A DNA stretch of 64,000 nucleotides from Acanthaster planci (Eukaryota). The notes beneath the pieces were generated by a model. That model saw only the letters and a program-made list of their open reading frames with translations, was not told the origin of the DNA and ran no database searches. The DNA is taken from the NCBI RefSeq assembly GCF_001949145.1, contig NW_019091358.1, positions 2,056,240-2,120,239 of the forward strand. Reading direction: 5' to 3'. Positions within the stretch are counted from its first letter, which is position 1, and every line of letters starts with the position of its first letter. Made by a program: the position numbers and the translations under genes. Of the stretch, positions 39,640 to 52,900 are shown piece by piece.

Positions 39640-39945
39640 TTCTCAATGCTGTCATCATTATGATTGTCACGTTCCTCAGAAGACTCTCAACATTATTACT
39701 GTCACATCGTCTATGTCATTACCACGGCCATCATCGTCTTTATCGTCACCAGTGTCACTGGCATTATTGGTTTATTTTCACCGATGTCAGCATTATCACT
39801 GTCATTATATTCCTCACCACCATCCTCATCATTTTCATCATTGTCATCGCGGTCACCATGCCTATTTTTCTTAACTCGACCGCTACCACAAGAGATATTT
39901 ATCACAAATCGATTAAAGACAAAATCGAAAGTGATCATCATGTCT
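39640..39945. repeat. Degenerate (ATC/CAT)n trinucleotide microsatellite
   Basis: Runs of catcat/cattat/tcaccac. It produces His-, Ile- and Ser-rich ORFs in all three plus frames and an Asp-rich ORF on the minus strand. Confidence 0.75.
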
Positions 39946-41809
39946 GTCGCGTTGGCCTTTGGGGACAATGAAAATGATTATAAATACAGCTACAAAATGC
40001 AGTAGCAGGCTGAGCAACCGCCCATCAGCTGCTTGATTTGTTTGGTCTATTACAGAAGCTGTCATCGATTTTCCCCTTAAGTTTCCGTTTTGAATGGGGC
40101 TGTCTTGCCCTAATGACTCCTGGAGGTTTGGCTCCAGCCAGTGAAAACATTCAGGAGAGTACCATATCGCACCTTCCTCCCTCGTTTTTGTTTGCCCACG
40201 GAATCTATTAAGACAAACACTTTGCGTCCTCTGAGATTTTTCCCCACTTCAGTGTCGTGCGAGTACTGTGGGGTAATTCAAAACGCCATATGTTGGGCAA
40301 AAATAAGTAGAAAAATAATTGAGTGCTTGATACAAAGTTCAAGTCCATTATTAAATGCCAGCACTGGATGAGAAGAGAGAAAGCAAAATGTAGTTATCCC
40401 TTAGGATGGCAATAACAAAAAATTGTGTACAGCAAAAGGATACACTTAAAAAGCGACAACTAATTGAAAGTTGGTCGGCTATAATAGCAAAGTGTGCAAA
40501 CTGTTCTTCAAATGTGATACCAATCAGAAATGAACTGAATTAAACGGTTGAACGATTTCGTGTATTTTGCACTTGCCATGAATTCAGTACCACCTGTTCT
40601 ATTTTTTGTTGTTGTTTTTTTCTCAATTGTCTTATTGAATTGGTTTCAATGTATTGTTTTATCACGACCGAACACAAATGTTCATAAGTGAAAAGCAGTA
40701 GTACTCTTTGCGATAAACTAAAAAAGCCAGAGATTGGGGCGGGGCCTTGCGGAAGGAATCAGTATTATTTGATGATTTTATAAATAGTTGTTCAAGATTT
40801 AGCTGCCAGAACAACACCGTAAAAATCCTGACTTTTTCTCTGGCTTTTGAAAACGGAAGGGGAAAAATGTTACTAAAAACTTGAAGGCCTATCAGCTGGT
40901 CGTCCTTTTAGGATTTTTTTGAAAGGGCTTTATTTGGCATCAGTACGTAATGCCAACAACATTTTTGACTCTTTTGACCGATTTAGATATCATCCGTGTT
41001 ATTGAATAATGCCTTGTCACATTTGACTATTATCTGGTCAAAGTGCACAAAAATCCGAAGAAGTGGGCAGCATTTGTATGAACAAACAGAATGTTAAATG
41101 TCAATGGTGACTCCCTCCGTCGATTTTTCGTTCGCAACTTGAAACAAAAATTTCAATCATGCTCTCTCAAGCAACATGGCATGTCTACAGAGACACGCTG
41201 ATGGTTGTGAGCAATTTGAACCTAATAGCTTAGTTAGTGAACAATTATTTGGACTGCTTCATTGTTTAATGGCAGTTTTCACCTATCGAGTCATACAATG
41301 GAACCCATAGCTGGTGGCACTTGACCGGAGCCCGCCAAGCACCACGTAATTGCTCTGAAGGTCCGGTAGCTTCAAGGAAGAACACCTGTGTTTCTTCTGC
41401 TGCATTCGTCCTTTTTCCATTTGCCATTTTACGGGTGTATTTGTAATGATTTGAAATTATTTTGACAGCGGAGGATGTGTTTTTGTAAAGTACAGAGCTA
41501 TACGCTGTTTTGATACATCGTTTGGAATGTGCCAGGTAAATGAACAGTCTTTCACATATTGAACAAACTTTGGACTGTATACCTTTTTAGGAAAGGAAGC
41601 ATTAAGTATTCTGAAAAAAAAGGGTAGTGCCTATGCATAGAATTCTGACATCTGTCTCGCTTTTTGAAAGACTCTCCTGACATATTTTCGCTTATCTGCT
41701 GTTGGTCTGAATGTTGTGTTGTTACTTAGCATTCTGGGCTTTTCTGTCTTAATATTTGGCCTTTCCGTTAATTGCTATTCTTTTAAAAGTGCAGATTTAC
41801 GGCTGTTGA

Positions 41810-42020
41810 CACCGGCGTCACAAGGACTTTCTTGTCAGGATCGACACTCACCGGAGAGGGACTTTTTCGAGGGGGGGGGTCACTCGTCAGCAACAAACTC
41901 AGCGAAAGGGGCCAATTTTCAGATTTTTTTGTTTTAAAAAGCTAATCGGTGATATTATTCATTTCATTTTTTTCTTCGATTCTTTCATCCCTTTCCCCCC
42001 CCGCCCTTGTGACGCCCATA
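41810..42020. mobile_element. hAT-like MITE
   Basis: Perfect 12-bp TIR core GGCGTCACAAGG / CCTTGTGACGCC. The 8-bp flanks GCTGTTGA / GCTGTTAG match at 6 of 8. Internal G and C runs. Confidence 0.7.
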
Positions 42021-44254
42021 GCTGTTAGGGGACTATAAGACATCGTGTCGTTTCTGGCTCGTTCAGTTTTTGTTTTTATTTTCTTTTAATAGAATGACCA
42101 TATGTCTTTATGTATGTAACGTCGTTAGGCCAAAAGAAATTGAAATTTAAATACGTTTGATGTGACGAGCAACCATAAATGACTAACTTTAATTGTGGAC
42201 TCGCTGTGTGCCTATCCTGTACCTCTTGCTAATATACGAAGCGCGCCGCTGGCTAAGTAGCGCCAACCCCGACAAATTCCACACATCCCACACGTAACTC
42301 TCGGCGACGTAATTTGATTTTCCGGCCAGAAATTTGCCAACCATTTACAAACCCATCAGACAAGCTTTTATAAGAGAGGGCAGCAGGCACGGGGCCTGCA
42401 TCGATCGGAGGGAGTGCGACTTCGATCCCCATTTCTCTTTTCTCCTCTCACGGCCGATTCCCAGGCTTTGGTGCTACAGCCCTACCACGAAAATAATGGA
42501 CCCTGAGAGTGAGGCCACTTCCAGGGCCTAACGAGGGGCGGAATTTAAAAGCCGGCGAGATCGAAGTCAAAGAGAGCCGGATAATTGGGTTGCTGTATCT
42601 CGGGATTTTTTTTCTGTCTCCCCATTTGGCTGGAGTGGGCTGAGTTCTACGCGCCAACCTCACATGATTGAAACACAGCATCACTTCGAACTGTTACATG
42701 TAAGTTTCATGAAGGCTGCCTCCCTCTCCCGGATATCGGATTTCAAGCCCCTCCAGTCCCCGGCCAGGGTTTGCCCTCTCCCGGCGGACAGTGCATTATC
42801 GCTCCGGAGATTGAGCTAATCAATAAAGTTAGCAAATAGAGAATTCCTGCGCCCCCAAAAAGTTCTGCGCGGGAAAGGGTTTCAATTTTAAATTACCTGG
42901 CGAGGAGTGTGGAAAAATCAATTTGGCCGCAGAGCGCCAAAGTCAATAGGTGGAACAGGTGGGGCTCACGCTCGAAAGAGCGTGCAGCCAACTGCACATA
43001 GCCGACGAACCCTACACAACATGGCCCGTGAAACTCGCTGCAGAATTCAACAACGCGACAAATTCACGTGTTACTGTAGCGCCTCCCGACTCCTCAATTT
43101 GCTTAAGTTGTGAGCGACTCTTGCACGATCAACGTCAGCAAGTATAAAGCCAAATCAAAGTATCGATCACCTCGCTGTATATGTTCAGAGCACGATTTGC
43201 CTAAATCAAACACCTACGTTTGTAAGAGAACAACTGTTCCTGCAAATTGCAGACGATGGCCCTTCACAATGCACAAAACAACGTAAAAACAATAATCACT
43301 GGAAATTTTTAGAAACTACAAGACTTCCATCATGAATAAATGCCGCTTCAGCCCCACGAAAGGGAACCCAAAGTACACAAAGGCCTTTTGCCCATAGCGG
43401 GACATGGCAGCGGTCAGTGCTGCATGATTATTAAAGATGGACGCTCGTCTGATACTAAATTCTCAGAGCAAATATGCACTTGATGACAAGGTAGAGAATG
43501 AGGTTTAGAGGGCGCAGTATATGTATGCTGATAGATTCCCTCTTAACTAGTGGTTGGCAGAGGGCGTCCCTACCAATTCGTGTTTGGAGTCGCATGCGTA
43601 CACAGAGCATATTTATCTTTGGCTAACTGGACCTAGCGAGGGCGCCAAGCGACGGCGCAGTACTAAAACTTGCAACAGGTGGGCGCGCTTACCTCCGAGC
43701 TCAATGCCAAAGCACGGACAAGTTCTGCGTACATTCAAACCCATTTCTTATAGAATCTGCTGTGTCTTTTCCCAATATCAGATCTCAGGTATCAAAGATT
43801 TATGTTTTTGAATTTGCTGTACTTGACCTTGACAGCCCTAAACAGTTCACTTCTAATTCTTTTGCAAAGCTATTTTGACACGTGCACTGCAAACACAAGC
43901 CCTCAACTTCAAGTAAACTTGAATTCTGCTTTTTGATTGGTTGATTCTTAGCGACAAACAGTGTGACATATAACTTTGTTATACTACGCTCATAGATAGA
44001 GAATTTTTATAGGTTGCGAATTGATCACGTGATGTGCTACAAGCGAACATGTATCACTTACGCGTTATGTGCATTGGCGGTGTTGCTAGAAGACACAAAA
44101 TGATGGATAACGGTGATCTTTCCCACAGTTCATGTATTGTATCCACTGTGTTGTAATTGTCTAATCTTAGGTACGAGGATGGAGAGTCACGTTGTTGCGT
44201 TGATTATTGTAGGAGATGTGCTGTGTGGGGGACGCAATGTGTGCGTGTGTGTGA

Positions 44255-44534
44255 GTTTGTATACACATTCAAATCGTGGACCTATAACAATAGGGGACAA
44301 TAGGGTCCACGGTTGACGAAGAGTCCACGGTTAGAAAACGTGTACAAAACATATGGGAGGTCTTCCGAAAAAAGTACGAACAAAAGAGGAACAATAGGGA
44401 GTCCACGATTGAAGGCGTTTACACACTTGTGTGAGTGTGGTGCAGGCGTGGCATACGTAGTGTGGACCTCTGTGCAAAAGAAGTCCGCATAATGTAGGTG
44501 CGATGGCGTTGTGTGGACTCGCACACGTCCACAC
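44255..44534. repeat. Inverted-repeat element with a GTCCAC/GTGGAC motif array
   Basis: Imperfect inverted repeat of about 27 bp (44255-44281 vs 44401-44426). Internal ACAATAGGG..GTCCACG direct repeats. Terminal hairpin GTGTGGAC-N8-GTCCACAC. Confidence 0.6.
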
Positions 44535-46442
44535 AATGTTTTCCCCTCTCGGAAAAAAAACAGTTTCAGAAGCATTTTGGGGTCAAGGTTGTCAAGGTGG
44601 CAAAATGGAGAGGAACAGTCCGGGGAATCATCATTAAAAATCCAGCTCAAAGGAGTTATCCTTGCTAGAGAAAAAGGAGCATTTTCCTCAAGTTTCCTTA
44701 ACCACAGGAGAACAAAGGAATGCCCACACTTTGTATGTAAAACAGGTAAGTGTGGCGTTGTGTGTGTTTGTTTGCGGGGACTTTGTACACTCTCGGGGGC
44801 AACAATTGTTAAGTGTTACGCGGCCATTTGTCAAGCCCTGCGTGGTATGTTGTTCTTACTCAACGCACTGCGCTATTTTATACTAAATGCAAAACGCACA
44901 ACTGAAAAATTTACTGTTACTAAATTCAAAGTTGGCGCGCCCATAACGTATTTGCTGCATGTCAAGTTTGCTTGAAGATAACTTTGTTATTACGCTGGCG
45001 CTCTTGTGATAACTAATAGTTGAACAAAACCTTTTTGTACCTCGTTATGTGGCATTTTAGCACGTAACGGCTGGATTAGCATCGGGGAAAATATCACCAT
45101 TGTTAAAAGAGAACTCCTGATCAGAGCTCTAGTTAGTAAGGTAAGAGCCACAAGTTCTTGGTAGCATGTGAGATTGCAGTTATTGCTATGATATCATGAA
45201 GCATGCGTGGGTGGGAATGAACCTGCAGAACGCTGGAAGGATCACCTGTCACATTGAAATTCTGACATCTTTGATCACACTATGACATCGCATTTCGCAA
45301 GGCAAGATGTCGACACCACGATTTGGATCGTCACTGGCTGACGGCATCCTAAGACAATTCACCGCGGGCCAGATGACATGACGAGCTAAGATGGCGTACG
45401 ACATCCACTTTATTGTAGACATCAAAGTATTATAATATTCAGAAATTATAAGCGATAAATAAAAAAATCGTCATCCCACTTTCCAGTAGTCGCCATCCCG
45501 TGATTACATTAGGATGCCGAGATGTTTGTTTCAGGTGACGTCTTTCCGTGCTATTTTTAGAAAGTTAGCAGTGTAATTCATCTCAAGATGTAAGATCTCA
45601 CCTTTTGATGTAAGTTGTGATATGTTTCGATTTGTTGTCGCCCTGGGGCAAAATATCACAGCATGGCACTTCTGGGCTCCTTACAAAAGGATGATTCTCA
45701 TTCTTGAACTCTCGGCGCCCTCCTGAAGCTGAAATGCACACAGCACGGTCTTCTCTCTCTCTTTCCAACTAAGACAGAAAACCTCTCTTTTGTTTATAAG
45801 CAAGCAAAACGTCATAAATGTAAAAATTACATCAACAGTGCCAGGGGCAGGCATTTCGAATAAGACAACTGGATTTTGCGTTTGCACGAAGAGACGAGAC
45901 ATGCTCTTGAACACGTATAAAGCGTATTGCCCGAAAAGGCACACCACTTAATAGGTCTTCGTTTTTTCACGATGAGACATGCATCTTTGTTACATTTTAT
46001 AGCTGCAAGCTCAGGCATGAATGCGCCTTCAAACTGAAAAACTCGAAGCAGAAGGGCCAGAATAAGGGATGATATGGATTCTTGTTTTTATGCAGCAACA
46101 TGTATCTTTGCTAATTTCGGCTAAATCAGTGATTGTTCTTCTTTAACACGGGGATCTTGTTGAAGTTTACCTTTCAAGGAATCATTCGAAGGTTTCCTTA
46201 CTACTGGTGCTACATTAAATTAAAATAGGAGAAAGTAACCTTTCTGCGATTATCTAGAAAACCCATTTTTCTTCATGTTTGGAGCTAATTTCTCTTTCAA
46301 AAAGAGACCAGATCTGGAAAAGAAACATGCTGAATATTGAGTGAAAACTGTGTTTAACAGCAAGGTCATCTGCTGCTCTGTTGTGTCCGTAGGATGACGT
46401 AACCAGCAGTCTTCTTCGTTTTCTTGGGCCTACTTAGTTAAC

Positions 46443-46740
46443 CACCCGGTTCGACTACCCACCGCTACCTACCGTATAAGTGAGGCCTGTGCAGCAAAAT
46501 AGCCTGCAAGAACTGTGATGCTAATATATTATTGTATGATGCAATACAGTAGGCAAACTTATAAGTGAGGCTTGTCAGCGTCACGAAGGTTTGCATGTAG
46601 AAGGCTTGAACAAGCCTCACTTATAAGCTTGCCTACTGTATTACTGTATCATACGATAATATATTAGCGTCACACTACTGCCTGGCTATTTTGCTGAACA
46701 GGCCTCACTTACAGGTAGCGGTGGGTAGTCGGATAGGGTG
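46443..46740. mobile_element. Palindromic MITE, copy 2 of the same family (longer)
   Basis: Inverted arms of about 130 bp around a short spacer. Termini CACCCGGTTCGACTACCCACCGCTAC / GTAGCGGTGGGTAGTCGGATAGGGTG. Flanks AGTTAAC / AATTAAC match at 6 of 7 bases. Confidence 0.9.
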
Positions 46741-48494
46741 AATTAACATTGTTTCTGGTTGTTGCTTTGACTTCAGAAAGAAGATTATGGTCAGGGGTCG
46801 CATGAAAAGGCCCTTGTCTAAGTGGGTCTTGTGATGTTACTCTCTCGCAAAGAGTGCACGAAGTCAAAAGCTCCTTTCCGAGTGTGCAAAATCAGATAAC
46901 TTTTGCGGTACAGGGTATTGTGCACTAATAAATTGAACGCTTTACTCGTGTGCGAATGTCCACCTTCCTTGCTAAATTACGGTTTCGTCGCCACTGAGGC
47001 TTCATCTCCGACATACAAACCGCTGGTACGGGAATATGGTGTTCGAAGTTAACGAAAGACCTCATGGGCTTGGAAAGAAAAAAATTTCTAAGTCTTCACT
47101 TTGTACTCCAAGAAGCCCACTTAAAATATTATTAACAGCTTTGATGATTTTTCGGGGTTTCCTGAAGGAATGAGTGAGCACTTCTGGAGGAACTAAAAAT
47201 GAAAGGGAAAGTGTAGGTAAAGCAGTCGTCATTTTGTATAACCATTTAGAGAATATCGGCAAATATTATGGTTGTTCATTTGTAAGCGAGCGTTTACTGC
47301 ATGGATTACGCAAATACCCGCCTCTAGCTCCAATAGCGCCCTCTGCATTGTCACAACTACATATCATTCATGGATGAGTTCCATTAGCTTACACGGGCAG
47401 AGCTGGCCATGAGACCGTCGTGTGTGCTGCATCAAAAAACGAGTGATGACTATTATCGAACGCACTAATGAATGCACTTTTGTAAGTCTTTTGTGAGCTA
47501 TATTATTTGAATGAAAAATCTGGTATACTGGGCTCTTACAATTCACGCTAACAAAGCAATTTGAATTCTCCATAAAGACACCGCTCCTTTTGCTTGGTTA
47601 CATAAGAGACACCTTGCATCAGTACACTGTTTCCAATGGATAAGAATGGCACAAATGAACCGGTCCAACCCAAAGGTGGTGGTCGCTATGCAAAAGCTTG
47701 CCACGCATCACGAGGACATCAACCGTGTTTTTATTCTGGGGTATTCAAATTGTTATGTTTATGTGCAATCAGATAACTCATTGTACCAGATTTTATTTAC
47801 ATTTAAATCGCTAAAGGCTTCATGGGAATAATGATTTTTTTTTCAGTACCCTGCCCTCAGTAGATTTACATTGATATGAAAACCTTATGAACTTTTTTAT
47901 CATAAAGCTGCTCTTTTTACAGGATAAATAGTTTCTATTGTATGGTCAACCAAGATTCTGTCGACAGGGCATCGCCTTACTATTACATATTTTAGAACTA
48001 GGAAATTGTTGATTAATGGAAAAATCAACCTGATTGCCATATGCTAAATGGGATACAGTCACTGAAATTGTCCTTGTAGTCAAGCAATGAACAAGAAAAA
48101 TGGGTGCAATCTTTAAAGTACAAGATATGAAGGTGACTCGAGCCTCTCGAGTATTACTGCAAGGTCAAGCATAATGTGCAATCATACGTTGAAGTGATCG
48201 CGTTGCCGGACGATGAGGCGATCATGTTGCAGAGCGATTATTAGAGCCGGGGCGCGGTATTTGAACACGAGCTCCAAACCGAAGCGGCATTTTCCGGCAG
48301 AAATCTAGGCCAGTCCGTAACGTGATCTATGGTCTTAGCGTCCCAAACACGCGCTCAATGGTTAGTCATGAGAAAGATAGGCAAACGTGATCCAAGCTGA
48401 TCGACTAAAGATTGATGCGATTTTTTTTCAAGAACAACCTCCCCGCCAAAAGAAGTAATTCAACAAAATCAGTGCGAAATACTGCACTGTCAGC

Positions 48495-48801
48495 AGTAAG
48501 GTTGCGGGTTCGAATCCAGCCTGGGGTCATGGTACGTGTGCTCTTGGACAAGGCACTTTGTCACTCATTGCCTCACTCCACCCAGGAGTAATTGGGTACC
48601 CTGTGAGGGCAGAGATAGTTATTGTGGTTGATATAGCTAATATGCGCCGAAATGGAAGCATTGAACTATATACTCCCCAGGGACCTGAGATGGTATTTGG
48701 AGTCTTTCTTGGGCCCAGCGAGCAGGGGTAATAATAATGGAATTGCGCCTTGATCGGTGTTCCGTATAAGTGCGCTATATTGACCTATATTATTATTATT
48801 A
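48495..48801 (+). mobile_element. tRNA-derived SINE, apparently 5'-truncated
   Basis: Pol III B-box GGTTCGAATCC at 48507-48517. It is followed by the widespread SINE body motifs CTTGGACAAGGCACTT and CTCCACCCAGGAGTAATTGGGTACC, and ends in a GCGCTATAT...(TAT)n tail. No A-box is visible upstream. Confidence 0.85.
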
Positions 48802-49128
48802 CAACGGGAATAAAGAGGGGAAGTAATTTAATTATAACCCGGCGATAAGTCAAGCCCCCCCCCCCCAAAAAAAACGTGTTCTTTCCCTTATAATGGACTG
48901 CTTTAAAGAGCCCACTGTATGTAACGGGTATGTATAACCCTATTTGGTGGACACATTGCTTGAAAAGGTTAAATGTGGGTTCCCTTGGCACCCATTATGA
49001 CAAACTGAAGCACTCTGGCAATTTACACGTACTTTTTTACCATTAATTTTTAAATGAAAACACATGTCAAAATCTGAGCACCAACCCATTCCTCACAAAT
49101 CCAACCCACAACACTCTACCCATTCCTA

Positions 49129-49974
49129 TGGTGTTCTATATAGCCGCTAAACTTTTATGCTGCGTTTAATGCATTACGTCGTGCCATCGGGGCGTCGCGT
49201 CGTGCCGTCGACCTATTGCGTCGGGGCTTTCAGCCGTCGGTCGTGTAGTCGCGTCGTGCCGTCGCATCGTGCTCCTTAGAGACGGAGTTAAGTTCAATAC
49301 CAATAGATACTATTTTGTTATGATCAAATCTTTTAGGCCGCATTCCACCAAACTGTTGGATTTCTGCGTGCAAGCTCATAACCCCCATAAAATTGAAAAG
49401 AAAAGTGATTTTCTGGCCAGAATCTTGAATTTCAGTGAAAAACGGAGGCCAACCTCTTCCCAAGAGTCAACAGGTGGCGCTACTTTGGTCTGATTTTGCA
49501 CTGTTTTCTATGGGCGCGTATTTGGTATAGTGCAACCATTGATCTCTATTATAATGACAGAGATCAGTGAGTGCAATCCCTGCACGCACTTTATTTTTTT
49601 GATCACCGCCACTTTTAGAAACAGTAAGGCATGACGGCATGATACGACGGACGACGACACGAAGCGACAGCACGACACAACGGTGCGACGACACAACACG
49701 ATGGTAAGACATCGGGATGCGACAGCCTAACCCACACTGTATAAAAAACATACAATGACAGGCAACGCGACGCACGATGGCACGACGCCACGCTACGACT
49801 GCCAACGAGCCGGCACGATACAACGCCAAGACGGCACGACACAATGCATTTAACACAGCATAAAGGTAAAGAAAAGGAAGCGACGCCACGACGCGACAGA
49901 ACTGTCGTAGCGTCGCGTCATGGCGTCGGGGCGACGGGACGACGCAACGCAATTTTGGCGGCTATAGAACACTA
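49129..49974. mobile_element. Non-autonomous DNA transposon with ~22-bp TIRs, TA flanks and mirrored subterminal CGTCG/CGACG arrays
   Basis: Left end TA|TGGTGTTCTATATAGCCGCTAAA, right end TTTTGGCGGCTATAGAACACTA|TA. CGTCG-rich at 49177-49270 and CGAC/ACGAC-rich at 49630-49950. Confidence 0.8.
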
Positions 49975-52900
49975 TACAATGCAGCCACCCAGTAAGTACT
50001 GTGACTGTTTAAGGGTCTTGCATTAGTTTGCAAGAGCTGCTGTTTGCCTTCAGGGACTGACAAAGGGATAGTGATCGATTGTCAATCATAAAGCAGCGGC
50101 AAGAATCACTAAACAAAAAGGGGTCAAGTTTGTACACCCTTCAACGTGGTTTCCCTGTAATATCACATTTCTCCGGATTGATATTGTCTCTGGGTGATTT
50201 CCAGATTAAAGATATCTGTACAGGCTCAAAATAATTGCGTTGAATGAAGACTATATGAGCCTCAGCTATATCGGCTGTAACTTTTTAAGAATGAACAAAA
50301 TCAATGAAGTTGTGCTTCCATATCGCACTCCAGCGGTTGACCGCATTAATTTAATGAATATCATTGCGAAATGCCCGTAGCAGATGCAATTCGCACGCAC
50401 ATTGTTGTAGGTTTGCTGCTGTGTGACGTCTCTCTATAATTTAGGCAGGACGCTTAAACACTCAAACGCCATTGGTTGGAGTTTTCAATGAACGTTGGGC
50501 ATTGCGCGCATAAAGCCTAGAACGCACCACTAGAAGTGAGTTAAACAAAACCCGAATGTGGAATCACGGATCGTTCCTGGTGGTGTTATGACGAAAAATA
50601 TACCCGTAATGACTTACTTACGTCAAGTACCCACATGCACACATATGGCTTTCCTCAACTTGTACCATTAATTAAGCCTACATCTCCGAAGGGAATTCAA
50701 AAGGGCAGATATCTCAAATTGTGTGAAGGAAACACAGTATATTGTGGTGTATTGTGGGTAGCTTGAAGCCACATCAGTCCACGTGTGCCGTCCACGAACA
50801 CGTATCATGAAACCTATGTCATTGTTCAAATAAATTTTCATCCAGTGGGGATTCAAAGTCGAGTGTCCCGCAAAAGTCCAACCTTTTCAATGTAGCCCTT
50901 AAGTGGAGCAACTGCTACCAACGAATTGTGCGACGAAGAGCGCCACCTTGTGTCAGATGCCGTCGAGGGCGCATTTTAACAACCACGGGGAAACACAAAT
51001 TAACAGGTGAAAATCAATGGCTATTCCACATTACTCTCAGTGGAGCTCAACAGTGTAGGCATTGTGCCTAACATCTCTGCAATACTATATCGAAAGCAAT
51101 CTAAATCCGTTGGATATTAACAACGAACCACCCAAACACTATTTGGGGTAGACCAAAATATAAACATGCTCAATTTTGTGTAGGCCAGTCCATTACAAGA
51201 TAAACATAAACTGTACAATTCATGTATTAGATACAGGGGTGTCCCAATGATTTTTATAAGTTATAGATTGCCAACCTTGTCAACAGCGCATTTATTGTAA
51301 ATCACTTTAGGAATGCCCCGCCCAACTCAGTATGAATGGGAAATGTCAGATGGGTCACTTTTTGAATACCCGAGGGTTCGAAGTTTTCTTTCTTCATCCA
51401 CTGTTTCTCTTCTATACTGCAAAAAGGAATAGAAATGTATTTTTTATTACTTGCAAATTTATGCATTTATGCACCCTGCATAAAAATTGATTATCTAAAA
51501 TACATACCACTGTCGGAGTGTAGTTGCCCTATTAGACAGTAAAAATATACTTTATCAAAATAGTGTGTGCCTCAGCAATTGGGCTTTTTTGCATGTTGTT
51601 CAATGAGAGTGAATAGGCAGAAGAAAAAAATACTTGTCACAAAGCGCAGCGTAAAAAAATCTTCGTCTTGCTTACATCTGCTGGCGCCAGTCTCACGGTG
51701 CAGGCACGCTCATCCGTGAGCAAGAGCACCTTTTTCGTCACCCCATCGATCCGATCCTAGACCGCTGTCCCTCGGTGTGACTTTGCATTTAAAGGGGGAG
51801 GCCATACTCCCCTTGCCACGAACCCGGCCGGCGAGGCAACTTATGTCGCAGCGTAGGCGGAAGGAAAGACGGGAGCTGACGACGACCGCTGAGCGACAGC
51901 AGTTTGCACCGAAGCTGGGCCGCCAAATGTGCATATACGACAGCTGTGGAGCCCCGTCAGTCCTCACATTAATTTCATGTTGAGGTACGGTAGTCTCATA
52001 GACGGGGGGGGGGGAATACGCAGAGAAAGCACTTCACGCACATGTTTCTGCACGTGAGCAAAAGGGAAAATTGAGTGGAGATGTTAAGGGGAATCTTCGG
52101 TACGCTATCATTTGATCCTACATCTACATCTTCAAGTTGACTGACCTGTTTGTGCTTAAATGACAGTAGAGGGCGCCTTTTCTTTTGACAGGGGAGCTGG
52201 ACCAGGGAGGTGTATAATAAAACTTGGACTTACAATGCCCTTAATCAGCTTATAGAGTCATTGAATCAACTCGCTGCCATTTTAACGAGCTGAATACAAA
52301 GCTTTCCGGCAATGCCCGCCTTTGTTCTTCCTGACGTCAATAGAAGCGAGCCAACCCACGCTTTGTATTCGGCTCGGTAAATTGGCTCTAGTTGGCTTCT
52401 TTTTCTTGCAAAGTCCATGTTTTTTTTTTATAAACGTCCGTGTGCTGGACACGCTCAGCTCTGAGCGAGGCGTTTTCCATCATACAAGCCTGGCAACAAT
52501 TACACAAGGGGCTCATTGAAATTTAAATTCTCAGATGATTACATGCTTATCATCAGCTGCTTTAGTTATGCATGTGATTTTCATTATTATTATAATTATT
52601 GGAGGATCATGCCGACAATTTTCGGCGTTTTTGTGATATTTCAACCCCATCGGTGTCATTTTAAACAATCTCTGGTGTCTTTTAACATCCGTAAATGTGT
52701 AAAATAATACCAGCAGTGTTCCAGTAGAACATTTTTGTGTGGTCACCTGATAATACCAAAAAGTGTCGTTTTTAACACCACAGTTTTTGTAGCTTAAGCT
52801 GCCCTGTGGTAAAGAACGCAGCGTCGTATATGAGACCCCAATGGGATCGCGGCAATGATGTTTTTCTGACAAATGCTGTTTGTGAAATGTGCTTTCTTGT

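Noticed and set aside
39581..40005. His-, Ile-, Ser- and Asp-rich ORFs
   Set aside because: They are products of a degenerate (ATC)n microsatellite.
45300..45322. AGGCAAGATGT, identical to the 5' end of miR-31
   Set aside because: Only 11 nt match, and there is no complementary 3' arm to form a pre-miRNA hairpin.
48501..48530. tRNA gene
   Set aside because: Only a T-arm/B-box is present with no cloverleaf. It is the SINE head.
49467..49952. 161-aa Arg/Val/Cys-rich ORF
   Set aside because: It is a translation of the CGACG repeat array and shows no transposase motifs.
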